DNA of 64,000 bases from a virus. Taxonomy: Duplodnaviria; Caudoviricetes. The DNA is taken from the IMG/VR virus record IMGVR_UViG_3300021540_000004, positions 1 to 64,000 of that record; one strand, given 5' to 3'. Every line of letters starts with the position of its first letter. Positions within the stretch are counted from its first letter, which is position 1. Under the pieces are notes generated by a model. It did no database searches. It saw only the letters and a list, made by a program, of their open reading frames with translations, and was not told where the DNA came from. Below, one piece after another: positions 46,997-57,932 of the stretch. Position numbers and translations under genes: made by a program.

Positions 46997-47142
46997 CTCC
47001 TTGATTGATTTTCAATATATTATTTAATAGTTTCTATATTTGCTCCTCCAATAGTGGTTATGAAATATCCTATTTTCCAAAATTGAGATTTCCACAGTTT
47101 ACTTTTAATTTCTGGATATTCTTTTTTAATTAATCTACTACT
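46993..47142 (-). pseudogene. tnpA: Truncated TnpA (Y1 HUH transposase) C-terminal remnant
   Basis: SSRLIKKEYPEIKSKLWKSQFWKIGYFITTIGGANIETIK*YIENQ, internal TAA at 47020-47022. Confidence 0.85.
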
Positions 47143-47205
47143 AGCCGGTTTTTATTACAATCAGGACATTTAATCATAGAACCTTCCTCCAGTTTATCTT
47201 ACTTT

Positions 47206-47802
47206 TTAGTATTCTATGATACGAATATCAGACTCCCCACCACAATAAATATTATGCTGTGAGGCTGCTTCAATAGCTAAAGACACCTGCTTAACCTTCC
47301 CAATATTCGGGTTCAACTTACCGCTAGTATATAAACTAGCTAAAGCTTCAACATAACCTGAACCATCAACAATATAATCCATTACTTGTAAAACACCAAA
47401 ATTACGTTCTACCTAAAAGATTTCATCACCATAAACTATTATAAGATTAGACTCACTATCAAACTTATTGTTACTGTCACCAACAATTTTATTATTAAAT
47501 AAATCATCTCTTAAACATTTTAAGAATTTTTTATGTAAATATTCCATGAATTCCATATTATTTGGTAATGATGGTGCTTCAAAGCTATATTCAATAAAAT
47601 TAGTCATAGAGGCCATTCCTGCAACAGCAATGTAACATTCATCAGTTCTTACAGTTTCACCGTAACCATCAATAACAGGAATGTTAATATTTAAAATTTT
47701 ACTATCAATAATATCTTTAGTATAACCATAAGTCATTTGCTTATCTGTACCGAGTATTATACGATTATTTTTTTTATCTTTTAAAGCAACTATAACTGTC
47801 AA
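47206..47802 (-). pseudogene. HslV/proteasome-beta-like Ntn hydrolase with in-frame TAG at 47413-47415
   Basis: Starts (M)TVIVAL...GTDKQMT; frame continues past TAG with DGSG...ALASL...AIEAA..HNIYCGG to TAA at 47206. Confidence 0.75.
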
Positions 47803-48268
47803 TTTAACGATACCTCCCTGGACCTTCTATTACCTTATTTTTTTTAAACCATTTTCTATTTAAAAAGTTAATATATCGTATTTCTATTAAACTACCGTCT
47901 CTTTGACGATATTTATAATATTCTCTTTTTGGTATAAATTTCATCATAATAAAATTCTATTATCTTCTTGGGTTTGTTACTAATCTGTATATGGAACCGT
48001 TTTCTTTTTTAAATTCTTTTTCTAGCTTGTATCCTATTGATTCTGCGATTTCTTGTATATCTTCCCGTTCTTCTTCAAATCCTATGTATATGGTGTATAC
48101 ATTATTATCAATAGCTAGTAAATCTACATGTTTTGTTCCTAGTTCTTCTTTTAATCTGTTTTTTAATTCTTCTTTTTTATCATATACCTGGTTTAATTTT
48201 ATTAGTAATTTGTTTAAATCTTCATTTAGTGTGTTTGATAGTTTCATACGAAAAATCCCTCACGTTTA

Positions 48269-48643
48269 TTATTTTTTTTGCCAGTTGTTCTTTTTTAATT
48301 GTTCAACCATTTTTTGTGCTTCTTCTTCAGTAGCATATCCGCCGAAATAGATTTGTTTTCCATCTATTCTTTTACTAACATCCCATCTTTTCGTACATTT
48401 ATTATACCTGTAATTTTTAATATTATCCCTTTTGGGCCTGCTTACACGTGGTGTACCTCCACGTTCTATGAATTCATGATATAACCTTAGATAATGGTTT
48501 TTACCATATTTTGCATATAAATCTTTTACACTATTATTTTTATCAAGGTAATCTTTTTCGAATTCATCATATTTGTTGCGTATTTCTAAATTGAATATAG
48601 TATTAGGTATTGTTTTAAATTCATCAACAGCAACATCACTCAT
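48269..48643 (-). CDS. AP2-like domain protein
   Basis: RWDVSKRIDGKQIYFGGYATEEEAQKMVEQLKKNNW. Confidence 0.7.
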   Translation of the reverse strand: MSDVAVDEFKTIPNTIFNLEIRNKYDEFEKDYLDKNNSVKDLYAKYGKNHYLRLYHEFIERGGTPRVSRPKRDNIKNYRYNKCTKRWDVSKRIDGKQIYFGGYATEEEAQKMVEQLKKNNWQKK

Positions 48644-48663
48644 TTTAGAATCCCCCCAGTCAT

Positions 48664-49014
48664 TTATTCATTTTTTTGTTCTAGTTCTTCTAATTCTCGT
48701 ATTATTTCTTGGTTTTCACTTAATGAATTATTTAAGCATTCTTTTAAAATGTTATATAATACATTGGTAGTGTGTTCTTGTAATTTTAATTGAGTTTTTA
48801 ATTCTTTGTTTTCTTCTTTTAATTTCTCTATTCTTTTAATATATTCTGTTTCTTGTTCTTGTAATCTGTTTTTATAATAAAATTCTAGAAAAGAATCAAG
48901 TTCTGGTTTTTCATATGTTCTGTGATTATTAACGTAGTATATTGCTGAGAATACTAATGCTAATAATAGTGGAAATCCAATTGCTACGATTATACATGGA
49001 ATGTAATCTATCAT
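48664..49014 (-). CDS. Membrane-anchored coiled-coil protein
   Basis: N-terminal TM segment followed by heptads. Confidence 0.55.
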   Translation of the reverse strand: MIDYIPCIIVAIGFPLLLALVFSAIYYVNNHRTYEKPELDSFLEFYYKNRLQEQETEYIKRIEKLKEENKELKTQLKLQEHTTNVLYNILKECLNNSLSENQEIIRELEELEQKNE

Positions 49015-49017
49015 AAT

Positions 49018-49521
49018 TTATTCTCCGGTATATTTTGAGTATACTGTTCCTTTACTGTTTTGATAATGTGAGTTTAATCCATCTGAACCATAAGGATTAT
49101 CGCATCTGCTGGATAATTGTTCTAGAACTAACTGGCAGATTTGTATCTTTTTATGTAATCTGAATGTTTGGTTACTGCAATTGTATAGTTCTAGTGTTAT
49201 GTTTCCTTTAAATCCTGGGTCAATGTATCCTGCTGTTACATGTATCATGATACCCATACGGCCTATACTGGATTTTCCGTCAACTATACCAACAAGATAT
49301 TCGGGTATTTCTACATGTTCATATGTAGATGCAAGAATAAATTCACCAGGTTCAAGATTATATCCTCCATCATTTAAATTCCATGAATCACCATTTAATG
49401 TTTTAATCATATCACCTAACCTTAAATCAACACTTGCTGGTTGAATAATATCAGGTTCAGGTATAATCTTTAATGACTCATCCATTAATTCCAACTTAAT
49501 ATCACGATCACTTAAAATCAT
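49018..49521 (-). CDS. dcd: dCTP deaminase (trimeric dUTPase superfamily)
   Basis: MILSDRDI, IQPASVDLRLG, GKSSIGRMG, AGYIDPGFKGNITLEL, YQ. Confidence 0.93.
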   Translation of the reverse strand: MILSDRDIKLELMDESLKIIPEPDIIQPASVDLRLGDMIKTLNGDSWNLNDGGYNLEPGEFILASTYEHVEIPEYLVGIVDGKSSIGRMGIMIHVTAGYIDPGFKGNITLELYNCSNQTFRLHKKIQICQLVLEQLSSRCDNPYGSDGLNSHYQNSKGTVYSKYTGE

Positions 49522-49547
49522 CTTATAAAACCAACCTTATATTTTCT

Positions 49548-50081
49548 TTATACTACGATACGATTACCAAGATAATTACTATAATCAAGTGATGTAGCAT
49601 TAGAATCATCAATAACTTCCACACTCAAAATATTCGGGAACCCATTATTAAACCCTTCACGCCAACCATAATATTTCACTTTCAAAACAGAACCTGGTTT
49701 AGCATTATTCAATATATCACGACTATTAAACTTACCGAACAAGAAATTATCCTCATTTAAAAAACCTTCACCATCACTAGTAACCATTAATAAATCACCA
49801 GCAGAATCAATAACCATAAAACCATTATCATTTTTACTTATACCTGGTTTAGGCTGCCAATCACCAACAGTAACAATCTTCTCATTAACAGAATTCACTT
49901 CAACAGTATAATGCCACATAAGTGGTGTTGCAACTAATAATACCACACCAATTATCAAGAAAACAATACCTACCTCTAATATCCTATCATTATTACTTTT
50001 AAAAATACAAAGTACGCCAATTACAATTGGTATTATCCAAAGGGACCATAGTAACATTCCCATAAACCATGAAATCATCAA
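49548..50081 (-). CDS. Membrane protein, DUF1523-like
   Basis: Two TM segments; NED..LFGKFNS.D, YYGWR, FPNI. Confidence 0.6.
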   Translation of the reverse strand: MMISWFMGMLLWSLWIIPIVIGVLCIFKSNNDRILEVGIVFLIIGVVLLVATPLMWHYTVEVNSVNEKIVTVGDWQPKPGISKNDNGFMVIDSAGDLLMVTSDGEGFLNEDNFLFGKFNSRDILNNAKPGSVLKVKYYGWREGFNNGFPNILSVEVIDDSNATSLDYSNYLGNRIVV

Positions 50082-50097
50082 ATCACACCACCATTTT

Positions 50098-51408
50098 TTA
50101 TTTGTTGAGTTTAATCTCCAATAAATTATAAACTTTACCGGACTGCTTTTTTAACTGAGGATACTTCTGAGCAAATAACCTAATCAAATCCACCACATCA
50201 TAACCAGGATAATCATTAATCAAAGTATCAGTTATTTCATCTAACTCCGGTGAAGGATTACGAGCCTCCCACATTTTTAAAAATAATCTTTCAGTCTTAT
50301 TTTTTGTTTTATGATTATCCACATACTCTACAGGATAATCCTCTAACAACATTTCACGAACATAACCCCAGTAACAATACTTATCTTCACTGTATAATTC
50401 TTTTAGTTGTGATTGATAATCATCAAAATACTTATTCAACTCTTTAATAATATCATTTTTAGGAATACCATTTTCACTGCGATGTTTTATTTCAATAGCT
50501 GATGTTTTAACTTTAATATACTTCTGATTACCACTTGGTGAATAAGTATTGAAAACAACACCCTCCAATAAAATAGACTCCCTACTTTCATTAATGTAAT
50601 CTATAGCATTTTTACATGCAACGATACAATCCATCATATTATCAAAAGAATTATCCTCACCAAAAATCTCGTCGGTATAGTTTAAATCAGCTAGAAGACT
50701 ATCACCAACAATTCCTAAACGGAATTTACCATCCTCATTTTTGTCTATGCGGATTAAAGGTATGTTCTCTGTGAAATAATCTACACTAACATTTCTTAAT
50801 TCCCCTGCACCTAACCAATAGGCACCGCATTCTTCAGGAGGATAATTTACTATACTTTTATTCTTATATACTCCGATTAGTGTTAAATCTAAATCAACAT
50901 CAGGATAGTATATTTCATGCTTATTTTGTGAACCATACATTTCAAAAACAAGTGTATCAAAACGATTACCTGGAGCATTATAATATTCATCGATATGTTT
51001 ATGATCCATTTTGTTAAACATGCTGATGAAATGTTTATCTGCAACAGCCATTCCACGTGTTTTAGGTACATATTCAATAGTATGGTCCGGTAAAAATAAT
51101 GGATAAATAATTAAACATGAACCATCCAATTTTTCAAAAGCAAAATGAACACTTAAATCTTCATCAATCTGACTTTTATGCTCATAATATTTAATCTTTG
51201 GAAACGATTGTACAAATTGTGTTGTTTCTTCACCATCAACACGTAAAATCAACAAACTACCAAGGAAATGATTATGTTTATTACAGATATAACCATTAAT
51301 CTCATGGCCTTCTGGTGTTGTGGCTTTAAATTCTCTTAATTCTTTACTGTTCATACCACCGAAATATGAATCAGCATACTTCTGCTTATCTTCTTTACTT
51401 ATATTCAT
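50098..51408 (-). CDS. ATP-dependent RNA ligase family protein
   Basis: Nucleotidyltransferase motifs FEKLDGS (I), FEMYG (III), EGVV (IV), KVK (V); no DNA-ligase OB domain evident. Confidence 0.75.
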   Translation of the reverse strand: MNISKEDKQKYADSYFGGMNSKELREFKATTPEGHEINGYICNKHNHFLGSLLILRVDGEETTQFVQSFPKIKYYEHKSQIDEDLSVHFAFEKLDGSCLIIYPLFLPDHTIEYVPKTRGMAVADKHFISMFNKMDHKHIDEYYNAPGNRFDTLVFEMYGSQNKHEIYYPDVDLDLTLIGVYKNKSIVNYPPEECGAYWLGAGELRNVSVDYFTENIPLIRIDKNEDGKFRLGIVGDSLLADLNYTDEIFGEDNSFDNMMDCIVACKNAIDYINESRESILLEGVVFNTYSPSGNQKYIKVKTSAIEIKHRSENGIPKNDIIKELNKYFDDYQSQLKELYSEDKYCYWGYVREMLLEDYPVEYVDNHKTKNKTERLFLKMWEARNPSPELDEITDTLINDYPGYDVVDLIRLFAQKYPQLKKQSGKVYNLLEIKLNK

Positions 51409-52788
51409 ATGTCCTCACTTTCTTTCTTTTGGGTTGATAAAAAAAATTTATAATTTTAATAAGTGTAATTAAGTTATTTATTTAACCATCACATTTATTC
51501 TCCTCCAAATAATTCTCCAAATCATAAATATCAATATCCAAATCACCTAACCGTATAAGATATTTTATCCGTTCATGCTCTTTATCACATTCCTGCAACT
51601 TACGAGTATAATATCTTAATAAACTGTAACAGGCTTCTAATTTCTGCTCTTCATTAACCAATTAATCAAGCCTCTCTATTAATGAATTTTTCAATATTTT
51701 CAGGATTCAAATCATAACAAAAACTTAAACTATTATCATAATGATTATCCTCATACCATCCTTCACAGAAATCATCTAAAAGTTTACGTATATCTTCACT
51801 TACACGATATGAACAGTCAAGAACAATCCGAACATGAGATTCATCACTATACTCCACATACTCCACAGAAATATCATCACAACTGTTAAGGATTATTTCA
51901 GGTATTTCCTGTTTAACTTCTTTTTCCAGTGTATCTATTACTTGTCGAAGATTATCTCCTAACAGATAAGCATTAACCATATAACCTTTTAAATCCATAT
52001 ACTCGCCCTCAGTCTGTAAATACCAATTATACTCTTCCATAAATTCTTCGTATAATTCTTTTTGAATATAACCTGCTCTAATAGATTCATTAATAGCATA
52101 ACATAATTTATTATATGCTTTAACTACTTCATTAGCTAATATTTTAAAATATTTATCCATCATTCTAAATCTTCTTTTTTAGTGTAGTAATTACAAAAAT
52201 CAATTAATATAGGTGTTATTTCTTCACCACTGTGTTCACATAAATGTTTAACCATATATTCAATACCTTCACCACGATCACCAATACATACTTCTTCACC
52301 ATAACAATATTTGCATGTGAAACAATCTATTCCCACTTCTTCAACATTGATTAATTCTGGTTTTTCAACAAATACTATTGCTGATTTTTCATGTTCTTTT
52401 ATTTCTTCAATTATTCTTTGAGCTACTCTTTTAGCATCTTCAGTGTTTTTTTGGTAATTTACTTTGAATGTTATAGTAACTTCATGAAACATACTTTATT
52501 CCTCCTCATACATTTCTAATAATTCTTCAGGAGTCTTCAACTTTATAAGAATACGTGGATTACCTGAATTTACTCCTTCAAGTTCTATTTTAAATAGTGA
52601 AATAAACTCTTCATATTCAATTAATGATTTATCTTCATCAGATAACTCATCATACCATTCAAGTAACTTATCATTAACATTATTCAATGCAGTTGATAAT
52701 GCGGTTTCGAGTATTTCGCTTAAATTTTTCTCAAAATTTAGATTACTCGTTCTTTCAGGAGTTTTTATTTTATCAAAATCTAGAGTAT

Positions 52789-53163
52789 TCATTCTTCCAT
52801 CTCACTTATTTTTGATTTAAGTTTGAAGTTTTCATTCTTTAATTTACGATTATTTTTTCTTAATTGATATATCGTATTATCTTTAACTTTATCACTACAT
52901 GATTTACGGATAAATTCTGCAAATGTTTTAGGATTAACTTTCTTATACCGGTTATGATATTTTTTATGGCAGGATTTACAGATTACAACAAGATTATTTT
53001 CTTCACAATAATCTGGTTTACTTGCTTTCACTTGTTTTAAATGATGTGGTTCAAGATTTTCTCTTGATCCACATACAAAACATTCACCAGTTTGCCTTTT
53101 TAATCTGTTGAAAGTATAACCTAAATCATAATAATATTTTCCTTTATGTATCTTGTAACTCAT
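52789..53163 (-). CDS. HNH endonuclease (CxxC-type)
   Basis: CFVCGS.ENLEPHH...NNLVVICKSCHKKYH. Confidence 0.85.
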   Translation of the reverse strand: MSYKIHKGKYYYDLGYTFNRLKRQTGECFVCGSRENLEPHHLKQVKASKPDYCEENNLVVICKSCHKKYHNRYKKVNPKTFAEFIRKSCSDKVKDNTIYQLRKNNRKLKNENFKLKSKISEMEE

Positions 53164-53662
53164 AAGAACATGTTTTTCTCTTTATTTAATGGGAATTCAT
53201 AAGTTTTCATATCATAATCCGTCAACGAATAATAACAAATACTCAAACAATAATCAAACTCACCATGTATCTTTCTTATATTCTCTAAGAATATTTGATT
53301 ACTGTCATTATAAACTTCTAAATGGAGATATGGTATGTTTATTGTTCGTTTTAAAAGCACCTCATCCTTAGGAATATATTTTAATTCCATTGAAATATCA
53401 CGAGTTTGTTTTAATATTTCATGTATTACATCGTTTAAATTTTCATTAAGAATATACTGTGCTATTCTTTCCAAATCACCAATATTTTTCACATACCTTA
53501 CTATTTCATCTTGCATTGTATCTAAATCAGATGTTAATAAACAGTAATGTGCTCCATAGGAGTATACTCCAGTTATTTCTTCACCATTTCTTTTTTTAAC
53601 TACAGTTAAATCCGCAGTTCTTTCACGTAGTTCTTCTAATTCTTTTATTAATTCACTAATAT

Positions 53663-54253
53663 TCATTGTACAATATTACTCCATGTTAATGGTATTCCTT
53701 GATGTGTACCTTTTTTATTATTACATTTTAACCAGGATTCATTTTTGTTTAATCTGTGAAGTAATGTCCTGGTGTATTCAACACTATAATATTTATTATA
53801 TTCCTTGTTGATGTGTTCGCTTATTTCTCTTGTTGTGAGTTCATTATTATCCTCTAATAATCTTTGTATTGTTTTTTTCAATTTTTTTTCAGGTATGTTT
53901 TTTCTTTTCATCTCACCCCATTTCTCTTTATTCCAATCAATCGACTCTAATATATCCAGTACAACCCGTAATTCTGCTTTGATATATGTACCGTAATTAA
54001 TATTATTCCTGGTTATATTATAACGGGAACCTTTTTTACTAACATATTCTGAGTATATTGGTGTTACTGGTCTTCCACAGTTACGTTTATAACCTGTTTG
54101 CCGGTATATTCGTTTTAAAATATTACGCCAGCGATTATTGCTTAAGTTATATTCTTCTTTGATTTTGTGTACTGGTACATTGTTCAGGTAATCTATGCTG
54201 ATGCGATTTATTATTTCATCAGATGTTGATCCACCGTCTTTTATATGAATCAT
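53663..54253 (-). CDS. DNA-binding protein (AP2-like repeat plus C-terminal winged HTH)
   Basis: NYGTY...LESIDWN; LTTREISEHI. Confidence 0.5.
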   Translation of the reverse strand: MIHIKDGGSTSDEIINRISIDYLNNVPVHKIKEEYNLSNNRWRNILKRIYRQTGYKRNCGRPVTPIYSEYVSKKGSRYNITRNNINYGTYIKAELRVVLDILESIDWNKEKWGEMKRKNIPEKKLKKTIQRLLEDNNELTTREISEHINKEYNKYYSVEYTRTLLHRLNKNESWLKCNNKKGTHQGIPLTWSNIVQ

Positions 54254-54808
54254 TCACCCAACCACCTTTTGCGTATGTCTTCCCATAAAAAATAGTTTTT
54301 TGACTTTTCACAGTTGTTTCGTGTTGTGTAGATTGCTTTGTATTTGATTAAATCGTAATCTAAGTCAAATAGTTTTAAAACTTTTTTGGGTGTGGTACGG
54401 TCATATTTTTCATATTCAAAAACTAGTATTGTTGAGTCAGTGTATACTTTGCAGCATTTGCAGTCATTGTCTTTTAGGTATGTTTCTAGTTTTTCTGATA
54501 ATGTTTCATTATTGATTTTTTCCCTGTATAGTACTTCTAGGATATTTTTTGGTTTTATATTTTTGTTTAACCATTGGGTTAATTCTTCAGCTTCATGTAG
54601 CTGTGTTAATGTTATTTCTGGAAGTTCATTATATTCATCAATAATTTTAATTGAATCATCATCTAGATTAAATCTATCTTCATTCTTCTTGATTTTATCT
54701 TTTATGTATTTGTTTTGAACTAAACAATCTCTGATACTAATTACTTTATTTTTTTCTTTTTCATTCATACGAAAAAAATCCCCTTTAAACTCCAAAAAAA
54801 ATTTTTAA

Positions 54809-54863
54809 TTTTTATTCTATTATGTGATGCTGCAACATCCATTATAAAAAAATAGAATAAAAA
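54809..54863. repeat. Intergenic 13-bp inverted repeat (possible terminator or structured RNA)
   Basis: TTTTTATTCTATT ... AATAGAATAAAAA. Confidence 0.45.
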
Positions 54864-55432
54864 AAAATATTTTTATATTCATTATAATGTTTTTTTTACA
54901 TTTTAAACGAAACATAAATGCCTTTATAATCAAACTCCTGCTTATACTCTATATATGTAAACATTAATTCTGCGAATTCTTTTATAGTACATAATAATTC
55001 ATAATCCTGTACTTCAAAAGGACCATAAGCATCATCTTCAGTGTGATTAATAGTTAAAATATTATCATGATACTTTAAATACAATCTGTTTCCACAAGGT
55101 TCTCCCATTTTACGATATTCTTGATATTCATCAACTATACGGTTCAATGAGATATATGTGGTATTTGAAGAATCTTTATACAGATATGTTTCTATTGTAT
55201 CGGTTATTTTATGGTATGGTAAAGGTATTTGACAGTATCTACAGAATTCCTCTAATTTTTCTATAAAGACGTTTTCATCAATAACTGAATTATGTACTGA
55301 TATACTGGCTATTATCATAGTTGATAATTCAGGGTAATCAGTTATTATTTTTTCTTTTAATTCTTTTTTTGAGATTAAATCTTTTATTGATTTTGTGTCC
55401 ATAATCTCTGTGTATGTTATTGTTTCCATCTC

Positions 55433-55533
55433 TTTCTCACCTTTATAATTTTTTTCTTTTGGGATTTTTATAGGAGCATAATATATACTCCCTTATATAA
55501 TATTCTGATATACTATTATATATAATTTACCAT
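55433..55533 (-). promoter_or_regulatory. Conserved promoter with hairpin and CCCAAAAGAA leader
   Basis: GGAGTAT/ATGCTCC hairpin 55473-55491; leader motif 55454-55463; AGGTGA SD. Confidence 0.7.
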
Positions 55534-55823
55534 ACATATACCTGTGATTCTACTCAGATTCCAAACGAACCAAAGACAACTCACTAATACCCTTATACTG
55601 CAAATATATAGTACTACTATCCATCAAAATAACCTCAAAACCACAATCACAAAAAGTAATCAAAGAAACATTACTTAAATCAAAATGAAAAGACTCACCA
55701 GAATTACGAACAACAGCCAAAATATAATGATTCAAATGATTCTTCAAATTACTCAAACGATGATTCAACCTTTCAAACAAAGTAGGAACATCACCTACAC
55801 ACTCAGACTTCACCATAACCTAT

Positions 55824-56333
55824 TCACCTGACAAGAACATTATCATCCAACAATTTAACAGTATTCCAATAAGCACGTTCCAATAAAGTTGGATCTATTA
55901 TCTTCAATTCATCACTAGTAAAATAACCTTTACGGCCTTTCTGCATAACCATATCCGCAATCATCTCTAACACATCAATAAGATTAACATCAACAGGACA
56001 ATTAGCATTTAAATGATGACGCTCCTTAGTAATATGTTTAACCCACCAGTCAGATTTAAGAAACTCATCATCTTTCACATCATTCAATACTAAGCCAATG
56101 TATTCATCCATGTCAACTACTTTAGTATTGTCATGCATTAATCCTGCACGAGCTATTTTAGCGGAGAAAAAATTCATCGCTTTTTGAACATCTTGAACAT
56201 GTTCTAATGTGTCTTCCCTACAGGTTTCTTCAGTTAAAAATTGGTTGCTTGTACGGCTATCTGCATTGGGTGTTGGTCGTATAACAATCTTATTACTTTT
56301 TGTTTTTTTTGCAGGTAATGTAATATCATTCAT
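55824..56333 (-). CDS. HD-like (DUF5662-like) protein
   Basis: H...HDNTK...H...ERHH...LIDVLEMIAD. Confidence 0.6.
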   Translation of the reverse strand: MNDITLPAKKTKSNKIVIRPTPNADSRTSNQFLTEETCREDTLEHVQDVQKAMNFFSAKIARAGLMHDNTKVVDMDEYIGLVLNDVKDDEFLKSDWWVKHITKERHHLNANCPVDVNLIDVLEMIADMVMQKGRKGYFTSDELKIIDPTLLERAYWNTVKLLDDNVLVR

Positions 56334-56855
56334 ACTTTTATTCCTCACTTTATTTTTTTTGGGTTGAAAAAAATATTATTTTTTTATATGTTAATATTAT
56401 CTAATAACTCTAAACGATACTCTTCAAAAGCATCAATCTCCTTTTGTATCTTATCAGATAACTCTTTATCAGTAACATTCTCTTTTTTCTTTTTCAACTC
56501 ACTTATAGTGAATTTAACAGCTTCTAATTCGTTTTCTAATTTATTCATATTCAATCCTTTTTATATTTTAAAGTATACTCATAACTTAATGATTGTGATA
56601 AAACTTTATCCTCACCTATATTATTACGGGTTGTTATTTTAGCACTTATCAATGCAAGGCCGTAATCGTTTTCTAAACGTTCAATTAAACTATCAGTTAA
56701 TTCTAACCATGTGAGAATAGTAACACCATACTTGCTAATATAAACTCTTGCATCATAATCTAATAATTCTTTATGAATTAAATCCTCTAATTCATCAACA
56801 AGTAATAATTTAATCCTCATTAAATCCGTATACTTTTCGTATAATTCTTTAAAAC

Positions 56856-57203
56856 TCATTTTCTTTTAATCCTCAAATATTTAAATTCTTTTTCTATTAT
56901 ACTTGCTTCTCTTTCGAAATCTTGCTCCTCATTAATGTGAGGTCCTAAAGTACCTGTACCTAAACCCCACCGTTGTTTCTCCGTTAACTCATGTTTATGT
57001 TTATGATACCATCTATGACTTGTTCTTCGTGAATGCTCCTGTAAAGAATAGTATCTGCATTCACTACTACAATAAGATTCTTTATTGTGTTTCTTTATAA
57101 ATAATCCATTACACCATCGACAAGTACCAACACTCAATCGTGGAACTCTTTTTTTTAAAAAAATATTATTCCATGTTGTTAAACCTGCATTTAAACTATG
57201 CAT
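56856..57203 (-). CDS. Zn-binding protein
   Basis: CRWC..LF...YCSSECR. Confidence 0.55.
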   Translation of the reverse strand: MHSLNAGLTTWNNIFLKKRVPRLSVGTCRWCNGLFIKKHNKESYCSSECRYYSLQEHSRRTSHRWYHKHKHELTEKQRWGLGTGTLGPHINEEQDFEREASIIEKEFKYLRIKRK

Positions 57204-57876
57204 GTCCTAATAAATCCTCCTTAATATAATTTTTATTAGTCAGCCAGCATCCATAATCCCATTCAATCGACTCCAGGTAATCACGGATTTTCATAGCATC
57301 CTCATAATTATTATAATAACCGAAAAAATGATTCTTATCCCCAATTCTTTTTCTGATGTATACTTTATCAAAATACTTATAGATATACCTGTGCGGATTA
57401 GCAAGACGATAATCTTTTGTTGAATTTAATTCCTCTTTGATTATGTGAATGAATTCATATAATCTGTTATATGGTAGTTTGAATTTTGATTGTAATTGAT
57501 CCCACGAGTAATCTTTATCATATTCTTGTTTTATCATTTCCAGTATATCTTCATCAGTTACTTTTTTCACAACATAATCAGGATTATTTATCTCACTATT
57601 CTTTAATAATGCCTGTTGTAGTGTGGGATGATAACTATGCACTTGTATTTTTAAAGTGTTTATTATCATGTAGCAGCCATTATGGTATTTGTTATGTACA
57701 CGTGGTGTACGATAACTGTTTTCATCCACACCTAATTCTTTTTTCACTGTTTTTAATAAACGATTATATGTTCTTGTACTTATACCTACGATTTCACGTA
57801 TCTCATAGGAGGATAATGTTGTGTAATAATAAGCTTTTAATTGTTCAACGAGTTCCCTTTCTGTTTCATCCACCAA
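57196..57876 (-). CDS. HTH-repeat plus AP2-like DNA-binding protein
   Basis: EIREIVGISTRTYNRL; FFGYYNNYEDAMKIRDYLESIEWD. Confidence 0.65.
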   Translation of the reverse strand: MVDETERELVEQLKAYYYTTLSSYEIREIVGISTRTYNRLLKTVKKELGVDENSYRTPRVHNKYHNGCYMIINTLKIQVHSYHPTLQQALLKNSEINNPDYVVKKVTDEDILEMIKQEYDKDYSWDQLQSKFKLPYNRLYEFIHIIKEELNSTKDYRLANPHRYIYKYFDKVYIRKRIGDKNHFFGYYNNYEDAMKIRDYLESIEWDYGCWLTNKNYIKEDLLGHA

Positions 57877-57932
57877 TATTAAAAACCCCCAAATTTGTTA
57901 TTTTCCTGTTGAAACGATTCTAAATACCATTG

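Larger units (their letters stand above)
45813..47142 (-). mobile_element. Decayed IS200/IS605-family element (tnpA remnant, tnpB, right-end hairpin)
   Basis: Right-end palindrome CTACGACCT-aatag-AGGTCGTAG at 45821-45843 followed by TAGTTCAA on the minus strand; left end not seen. Confidence 0.85.

Noticed and set aside
47413-47415. Genome-wide TAG recoding or pyrrolysine
   Set aside because: TAG serves as a normal terminal stop elsewhere (for example at 172, 13021, 45848 and 60669), no pyl genes or suppressor tRNA were seen, and there is only one readthrough-like case
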